DNA of 63,751 nucleotides, counting the filler, from Olpidium bornovanus S191 (taxonomy: Eukaryota > Fungi > Olpidiomycota): the NCBI GenBank assembly GCA_017911155.1. It is 30 parts of 30 records of this genome, joined end to end, with 100 filler letters (N's around TTAATTAATTAA, not from the genome) between each part and the next. Parts side by side here need not be neighbours in the genome. Positions count along the whole stretch, not along the records: positions 56,096 to 57,335 come from JAEFCI010003307.1; positions 57,436 to 59,645 come from JAEFCI010008860.1; positions 59,746 to 62,602 come from JAEFCI010000462.1; positions 62,703 to 63,751 come from JAEFCI010011310.1; 26 more parts are not named here. One strand, written 5' to 3'. Shown piece by piece: positions 56,126-63,751 of the stretch. Each line of letters opens with the position of its first letter. Position 1 is the stretch's first letter. A program made the position numbers and the translations under genes. The notes beneath the pieces were generated by a model. The model had not been told where the DNA came from and ran no database searches. It worked only from the letters and a program-made list of their open reading frames with translations.

Positions 56126-57335
56126 GTTTTCACCGAATACTTCAAGGAGCTCGAGGAAGAGTCCATCCGCGACAACTTTGTCATTATCTACGAGCTGCTG
56201 GATGAGATGATGGATTACGGACACCCGCAGACGACGGAAACCAAGATCCTTCAAGAGTACATCACCCAGGAGTCCCACAAGCTCGAACTGCAGGTACGGC
56301 CGCCGATGGCCGTGACAAATGCGGTCTCGTGGCGTTCAGAGGGCATCAAGTACCGCAAGAACGAGGTCTTCCTAGATGTCATCGAGTCTGTCAACCTTTT
56401 GGTAACGTCTGGCACGCCATCCAATTGCTCGTTTGCCTTGCGTAACTCCACGAGATACCTGTGTGATGTAAAAAAAAAAAAAAAACAGCGGAATGGTTTA
56501 TTTCTCCGTTGCACACCCAAATTCCCCAGGTCAGCTCAACCGGAAATGTTCTCCGCAGCGAGATCCTCGGGTGCATCAAAATGCGCGTGTTTCTCTCCGG
56601 AATGCCGGAATTGCGGCTGGGTCTCAACGACAAGGTGATGTTTGAGAACACCGGCCGCTGTACGTAGGACGTCCCCCCTCCAGCCGTGGGGTTGGTTCTG
56701 CATATACGCGAGGACGCGGCCGGAGCCCGGAGACACGAAAAAAAAATATCGATTTCATGCAAGAAAAAATCGAACGTTTTCACCTATGTCGCAACCCGAC
56801 CTCGCCCGTGAAAAATTAAGCCGCCGCGAAGGGCAAAGCGGTCGAGATGGAGGACGTCAAGTTCCACCAGTGCGTCCGACTGTCCCGGTTTGAGAGCGAC
56901 CGCACCATCTCGTTCATCCCGCCCGACGGCGAGTTCGAGCTCATGAGCTACCGGCTGAACGCCCAGGTGCGCCCGCTCGTGTGGTGCGAGTGCGTCGTGG
57001 AAAGCCACTCGGGAAGCCGGATCGAATACGCCATCAAGGCGAGTCCGCGGGCGTTTTCGTTGTGGGGCCGCGCTTAACTTTTTTTGTAGATCGCCGTATC
57101 TCTCGTTCGTCCGCGGCGGGTTGTTGACAAACGAGGGCTCCATTACCCACAGGCCAAAGCCCAATTCAAACGGCGCTCCACGGCGAACAACGTGGAGATC
57201 GCCGTCCCTGTTCCCGATGACGCCGACACTCCCAAGTTCAAGGCCACGATCGGGTCCGTCTCCTACGCTCCGGAGCGCTCCGCGCTCATCTGGAAGATCA
57301 AGCAGTTCCAGGGCGGAAAGGAATTTGTCATGCGG
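56126..57335 (+). CDS. APM1: AP-1 adaptor complex mu-1 subunit (internal)
   Basis: [31 protein letters not shown]; [25 protein letters not shown]; [36 protein letters not shown]; [16 protein letters not shown]. Confidence 0.98.
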
Positions 57336-58466
57336 NNNNNNNNNNNNNNNNNNNNNNNNNNNNNNNNNNNNNNNNNNNNTTAATTAATTAANNNNNNNNN
57401 NNNNNNNNNNNNNNNNNNNNNNNNNNNNNNNNNNNAACGAAATGGAGAAAACCCATCAAGAGGCATCGCGCTCGTCACGTACAGCGCAGTTTAGCGCTGT
57501 CCAGCTGGCGAACCCAACCAACAGGGCTCTTGTGATTATATCAGGCATCTCACATGGTGAGGCCCCCAAAAGCGTTGGTAGGCCGAGGAACACGGTCCTG
57601 CATCGTATAAAATTCTTTAGGTCGTTGACTTAAACCTGAAAGCTGCGATTTATTTTCACCGCTCATCTCAGAAGCACCTCCTGATGTTCGAGATATCCAT
57701 AGCGGCGAAAAAGATTCATTTCAAGCGCGGCTCGAGTTTACTTGGAACCGTGAGTTCCCCGTTGCAACTGATGAAGCGAGGGGAGCATAACAACAACGGG
57801 CACAGGCACAGCCTGGAAAGACACCAGTCCAGGTGCATTGCATCACGAGCTTTCCGGAGGACGGCTCGGATGCAATTCCAACGCCCGGATGAGAACGTTT
57901 TCATCAGAAGGGGCTTATAATGTCCTCCGAACGTCCCACGCCTTCGCTCGGCATCACGGCTTTCATTTGGCTCTTGGCCAGGAAGCCTCTTGTGATGCGC
58001 ATTGCAAGCTCGTGTTCGCCGGGCTTGATGAAGGCGCGTCTTGCCCGCGACCAAGAGGCCACCCCGCGGCCGGGAACGAGGCCACTCACGTGAATTTGTT
58101 TGCGACTGCGTGGCTCGAAAAGTGTTCGGGGTCGGCGCCGCGCCTCGTACGCAGCGCACGTGCGACGCGGGATGGGGGGATGGGCCTTGCGTCCCGCAAA
58201 ACGAGAAGACACTTGTGCTTTCCAAAAAGCTCGTTTCCGCCGCCCGTTTCGCCGAATTCATCGTTCGTCTCCTGCGAGAAAATTCCCCGTCCCCTTTTTC
58301 CCGCTTCGCTCCGGCCGCCCACGTGGTCGTGTGTTCCCTCCCCCTTAACCCCCTTCTAATCCACGTCAGGCCAACCAAATCCCCCCTCCCTGCGCCCGGA
58401 CCTGGGAAGGTACCGCAGGCTCTGGCCCCCTTCTCCCCTTCCGCCCCGCCCTGTTTGAGCAGAGGA

Positions 58467-58705
58467 ATGAGTGCCGGAAACTACGCAAAGCCCCGAGGGG
58501 CCGCCGGTAGGTTGGCGCTGTGGGGCGCTTGCGTCGACCGTCCCCCCGCGCTGGTCCTGGTGGCAGCGCCCGAAGCCTCCATCCACCGCTTCCCGCGCCT
58601 CTCTTCTCGCTGCTTCGGCCGTTGCCTGCTTCCCCCCCCCCCCCCCCCCCCCCCCCGGGCCCCCCCCCCCCCCCCCCGCCCCCCCCCCCCCCCCCCCCCG
58701 CGCCC

Positions 58706-58736
<31 letters not shown>

Positions 58737-59645
58737 ATTCTCGCTGGAGCCGCCGCCGCCCGTCTCCGTCGCGTCTCCCAGTTGTCGCGTCCGCGCCTTC
58801 CCTTCGTTTTGCCCCCTACCATTCCCCGGCTCCGGTAAACGCAGCAGCCCACCAGCGCGTGGGTGCGGAGGCCCAACCAGGCAGGCGTCTAGGACCTCTC
58901 CGGGGCGCTGCTCCGCCACGCAGTTCAACGAGCGCAGAAGGTCGGACGAGACAAAAAAAAAAGTTGCTGACAACTCAATTCGGACTTTCCGGCCCCCCCC
59001 CCCTTTTTTTCTGTTTTATCCGCGGCAGCTGGTGCAAACGCAGGCCACAATGCCGCCAACCGGGGAGCGCCGCATTCCAGAAACAAGTTCCACTGCTTCG
59101 GCTGCAAGAGAGACCTCACCGTCAACGACTTTTCACAGTCGCAACTTCGCAAGTGGGTACCGTCTAGGGGGAAATAAATGGCTCTTCCCTGTTTTGCGTT
59201 TTTGCCAAAGGCGCCTCTTGCTGCGGAGCAGAGTGTTTTTTTCCGAAGTCAATAACCGTCCCAAGGAAACAGGCGCTCTGAGTTCAACCCTTACGTGAAA
59301 GGCTCTGGCCGACAGAAAGAGCATCACCTCGTCTGCAAGAAGTGCACCCCGCGCCAGCAGACCCATCTCACGTGCATGCTGTGCAACCAGACTATGGTTC
59401 TTGACAAGTTCGCGAAGGTGGGATTTCCTGTCATCGCGCTCAAGAGTGCCCTCTGCCATGAGGGCATAACCCTTTCCAAGGAGTTGACTCTCGGAACTTC
59501 TTATGATATTGACCGTCGTGTCCACTTGGTTTCTTTGACCTTTGTCAACAATCAACTTTTTCTGGCTCGTTTTGATTGTTTCCTCTTCCTGATGGTGTAG
59601 GCCCAACGCCGCGAGGCCGAAAGGGCTCGGTGCCTTAAGTGCATG
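58467..59645 (+). CDS. Stc1-domain zinc-finger protein (3' partial)
   Basis: Exons 58467-58506, 59029-59152, 59273-59417 and 59601- splice in frame: FHCFGCKRDLTVNDFSQSQLRK...VCKKCTPRQQTHLTCMLCNQTMVLDKFAKAQRREAERARCLKCM. Confidence 0.8.
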
Positions 59646-59745
59646 NNNNNNNNNNNNNNNNNNNNNNNNNNNNNNNNNNNNNNNNNNNNTTAATTAATTA
59701 ANNNNNNNNNNNNNNNNNNNNNNNNNNNNNNNNNNNNNNNNNNNN

Positions 59746-60532
59746 CATGTCATCACGATGGACCTGCACGCGAGCCAGATTCAGGGCTTTTTCAATGTTC
59801 CTGTCGACAACCTCTACGCCGAGCCGTGCGTGTTGAAGTACATCCGCGACGAGATTCCGAACTACAGAAACGCCGTCATTGTGTCACCTGACGCCGGCGG
59901 AGCCAAGCGGTCAGCCGGGAAAGCGGGGGAGAAAGCGGTGTGGGGCGGAAGAAGGAGGGAGCGGGGTGCGATTTTTTGCGGTTTTATTTTTTTTGCAGGG
60001 CCGTCGCGTTTTTGTTTTCTATCTGGCCAAACAAAAGCCGGCGGGGCGCCATCGCGGAAGGGCAAGACGGGCTGACGCGTTTCTCCCGGGGATTCATGCA
60101 ACGTCGTCTTTTTTTAGCGCGACGTCCATCGCCGACCGGCTGGACCTGGAATTTGCCCTTATCCATAAAGAGCGGAAGAAGGCGAACGAGGTCTCGCGGA
60201 TGGTGCTGGTCGGCGACGTGAAGGGAAAATCGGCCATCCTCGTTGACGACATGGCGGACACGTGCGGGACGCTCGGCCTGGCGGCAAAAACGCTGCGGGA
60301 CAACGGCGCGGAGTCCGTTTACGCCATAGTCACGCAGTACGTTTCCATTAAGAAAAAAAAAGGAAAAGAATGGAGGGTTTCCTTTTTTTCGTTCTTGATG
60401 ATGAGTCGCGTCCCGCCCGCGCGCTTACACGCCCAGGCGCACACGGGCACTCGGCGTTTCGGGCGCTCACACGACGCTGCTTTCTCTCACTCACTTTCTC
60501 ATTCGCGCTCTCTCGTTTTCCCTCTCTCCCTA

Positions 60533-60572
<40 letters not shown>

Positions 60573-60807
60573 ATTTTTGTTTCCTTAAAAATTTCTCAGC
60601 GGCATCCTGTCCGGAAACGCCTTGGACGTCATCAACAAGTCGGTGCTCGACCGGGTGGTGGTAACGAACACCGTCCCGCACAGCAACAAGAAGGCGCTCT
60701 GCCCAAAGTTACACACCATCGACATCTCCAGCACGCTCGCCGAGGCCATTAGAAGAACGCACAACGGCGAGAGCGTCAGCTACCTGTTCGAGTGGCACGA
60801 GGAATGA
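59746..60807 (+). CDS. PRS: Ribose-phosphate pyrophosphokinase (5' partial)
   Basis: [25 protein letters not shown]; [10 protein letters not shown]; [12 protein letters not shown]; THGILSG; [18 protein letters not shown]. Confidence 0.98.
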
Positions 60808-61066
60808 AGCTCGGTTGCTTCCGGGTGGTCGTTCTTCGTTCTGTCCCTTTCTTTCAGATATGCTTCTTTTTTCCTTTCTCCTCCCCGTTTGGGTTTATTT
60901 AGCAGCCACCTCACTGCCCGCTCCACAACCACCAAACCCACCCGAGGTTTCTCCGGTGTTTTTTTCTTTTTCTGCAGGGTAGGGGGTGGGGGGAATTTGT
61001 ATTCCGGGAGCCATCACTCCCTTTCACCCAAGGTCAAAAGCGCTTCGACCATAGAGTTTTTTTTTA

Positions 61067-61118
<52 letters not shown>

Positions 61119-61830
61119 CCCTCTTGCCCGTGCCACTGCAGTGCATGTCCCATTTACCGCCCCTCTCCACACAGACACACGCACTCCCTTCCCCTCCCCT
61201 TCCATTCGAAAAGCTAATTTTTTTTTTCTTTTCTTTTGTTTTTTCTTTTTCTTTTTCTTTTCCTTTTTCGCCGTGGCCACTATAGTCGCAAATACATATT
61301 GGCGGGGTCCCCTGAACCGCTGGGTTCCAACTCCAACATCTGCAGCGCACAAGCGCCGGACGTTTGTACCGTCGTGCCCCGGGGCGCCCGTGGATTTTTT
61401 TTTTTGGTCTTTTTGGGGACAGCGGGTTGCGGCGGCGGCGGCGGCGGGCGTTGTGTGTGCGGCGCGTGTGCGGTGCGCGTAGACGAATGCGGGGGGGACG
61501 GGCGGCGGACCGGCGGACAGTCCCTTCTCGGGGCGTCAAAAGGGGGAGAGGGAAGGGAAAAGGTCCCCTGCGCCCAATCTCGCGCTCCGCCCTTATTTTT
61601 TTTTTTTTTTTTTGTTGTTGTTGTTGTTGTTGTTTACCCGCCTTTCTCTCACATGACCTCACCGCCACCCTCTTTCGCTCTCTCTTTCTCCTCCTCTGCC
61701 TTTTTAGGATCTCGTGTTAAACATCAACCGGATTCACCTTCCCACACTAACCCTCCCCCCCCTGGACAAAGTCGCCCGTTAGCCGCCGCCGTCGGACGCC
61801 GGCCGCAAGCAGGAGCCCCGTGATCAAAGA

Positions 61831-61932
61831 TCACTGGCCGCGGAGCGCTGGCCGCTGAGCGTCTATCTCACGCCCCGCCGTCAAGAAGTAAGATATCGGG
61901 AGGGCTTTCGTGTGGTGGGCGTAAAAATTTAT

Positions 61933-61970
<38 letters not shown>

Positions 61971-62520
61971 GCCCGTTCAGGTTTATTTTTTCAGGGAATG
62001 CGAGTTCTCCAAAAATTCCCGTTTCCCGATCTCGTTTAAACGGCATGAGGAATGCGGCCGGGTGGGGGCCGTTGAGGTATTCTTTCAATTCCCCTTCTCT
62101 CCTATCTTCGCACCGACACAAAAAACAAAGTAATAAAGGACGAAAAGCGATTATTCTGTCCTTCAAAGGGGGGAGGGGGATAATTGCGAATGCTTCGGTT
62201 GCTAACCCCACACCCCCACCAATACCACCAACCACCCGAACTTCCGGAACCGCTCCCCGCCCGAGGCTGCTGACGCACGCGGACTTCTCCCGTTTTCAAG
62301 CTTACTTTTTTTTTTTGTTTTTTTTGTTCTCTGGACGAAAACGAATGACGGAACGTGGTGGAACGTTTATCCCTTCTATTTCTGCCCTCGTCCGCGTCCG
62401 GGGACACTTCTCCCCCCGCCGCAATATAATATTTATCCAGACGCCACAAATTGCGGAGGATTGCACTCGCTGCGCGCAAGTGGGAGAATTGATACGATTC
62501 TTTATGTGTACGCATGTATC
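61831..62520 (-). CDS. Unidentified spliced gene, 3' exons
   Basis: Coding-like segments YQFSHLRAASAILRNLWRLDKYYIAAG, REGELKEYLNGPHPAAFLMPFKRDRETGIFGELAFPE and FDINFYAHHTKALPISYFL separated by homopolymer-rich introns. Confidence 0.45.
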
Positions 62521-62726
62521 AACAGAGCGCCCCAAGAGAGAAAGACCCCGTCCAAAAAAAAAAAAGGAAAATGAAAAACATTTTCCAGGGAAACAGGGAA
62601 GGNNNNNNNNNNNNNNNNNNNNNNNNNNNNNNNNNNNNNNNNNNNNTTAATTAATTAANNNNNNNNNNNNNNNNNNNNNNNNNNNNNNNNNNNNNNNNNN
62701 NNCTAGTGGTCTCGGCGATTTCTAGA

Positions 62727-63297
62727 TCACGTGACCGTTGCCCGGCGGGCGCTCCTATGAGGGGCTTGACGCGGCCTGAGGGGTTTGACGCCACCGTAGC
62801 GGGCGCGCCGTGACACACAGTATTGCGTGTCTGACGGCAGGAACAGAAGCTCCAGGTCGCGGGGATCCGCGGGCAGCCAAAAGGTGGCTGGCCAATTCAT
62901 GACCTGAAGGAACGCCTTGATCATGGAATGGCGAAGTCTGCAAAGAATTGAACGCGAGGTAATTTGCCAAAGTAGGGAGAGTAGGGTTGCATTACAAAGG
63001 AAAGATAGGGACTAACTGGAAAAGAGCAACGCATGCTTCAGTGCTTCCGTCCTCGTGGACGGCGCGAAACTTCCACGCGTAATGGATAAAGCGAATCATG
63101 CGTCCGCGTAAAGTGCATTGACGTTCCAATGTTGGGCGATCGGCGACGCACGCAGCCGCGGCAGCAAGCAAGCCGCGGGAATCGCGCAACCTGTGCGCCC
63201 AGAAGGCCGTGTAGATCCGACGGGTGTTGGCGTCGAGACGTCCCCCGGCGAACGGGACCGGGGTGGGCGCAGGAGCAGCGGACGCAGAGGACGACAT
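62727..63297 (-). CDS. Unidentified gene, 5' exons
   Basis: MSSSASAAPAP...RIYTAFWAHRLRD and QVMNWPATFWLPADPRDLELLFLP frames with fungal-like codon bias. Confidence 0.4.
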
Positions 63298-63751
63298 CGT
63301 GGCTAGGTGAACGGGTGGACACGCGGGAAACTGAAGCGGTGTGGTAACGGCGTGGGGCGAGTGGCGTTGGTGGAGCCAAATCCGACTCGTTAAAAACCAA
63401 AAGAGCTGTCGGCCACGTGATACACCGTGACTGCCGAAACAAGCTCGTCAGTCCCGGGGGGGCGGCTGTTGTGAAGCGAGAAGCTCAAGGCGACTACCGA
63501 TAAAAGATTGTGCTGAACGTGAGGCTGCGGAAGAAGAAGGATTACGCGTTGTGACTCGAAACGCGTATAGTTTCCCCAGAAGAATTTTTTTTCTCCCGCC
63601 CCGCCCTCCAAAAATTTTGGGAACGACCCCCCCCCCCCGAACGCCCACGCGCGGCGAAAACTCTCGCAGAATAGAACGAACGCGTCCTCGAGTAACGTTA
63701 GAGTCGTAGAGCAAACGAACCCCAGAGCGAGTAGGAGAGGGAAAGAGAAAG

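Noticed and set aside
57904-58212. SepSecS-like words (HELAM...FL, GVGRSEDI) suggesting selenocysteine machinery
   Set aside because: Spacing between motifs is about half that of SepSecS, and QPKAAGS and downstream motifs are absent.
58632-58735. Poly-proline/poly-glycine proteins or G-quadruplex element from C/G runs (also 19945-20030, 32440-32540, 40680-40720)
   Set aside because: Homopolymer tracts in introns or at contig ends with unreliable length; no coding support.
61831-62520. CFAP299 identity for the minus-strand gene
   Set aside because: Only scattered two- to three-residue matches (YAH, RDR, DxYY); not enough to name.

Overview
Eukaryotic genomic DNA, almost certainly from a flagellated (zoosporic) fungus. 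The window is a pseudo-scaffold of 30 short contigs joined by 29 identical 100-bp spacers (44 N + TTAATTAATTAA + 44 N), so adjacency across spacers is not biological and most genes are partial. The style (GC-rich exons, homopolymer-rich introns, tiny contigs) is compatible with an Olpidium-like draft; that assignment is inference only. Recognisable spliced genes: STU1/CLASP, mitoribosomal S14, S12 and S6, a secreted GDSL/SGNH hydrolase, GCP4, NAA38/MAK31, axonemal dynein IC DNAI3/WDR63, SCYL1/CEX1, a kinesin-like protein, mitochondrial MetRS, RNF212/Zip3, an LRGUK-like LRR protein, a DOCK N-terminus, a WD40 protein, AP-1 mu, an Stc1-domain protein and PRPP synthetase. There are also many decayed LTR retroelements. 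No rRNA, tRNA or CRISPR was found. Best leads: (1) three perfect palindromes with an identical 16-bp core GTACTGCGCGCAGTAC but different self-complementary arms, apparently intronic; (2) an 835-bp insertion with AATTG...CAATT ends and a 5-bp target duplication that cleanly splits a copia integrase; (3) a Ty3/gypsy element with a G_GAT_TTT slippery site plus H-type pseudoknot placed after the protease; (4) a kinesin with a dead P-loop; (5) three different copia elements sharing the half-tRNAiMet primer site, two with candidate LTRs of only 100-125 bp; (6) a mitochondrial S12 with a rewritten decoding-site loop.
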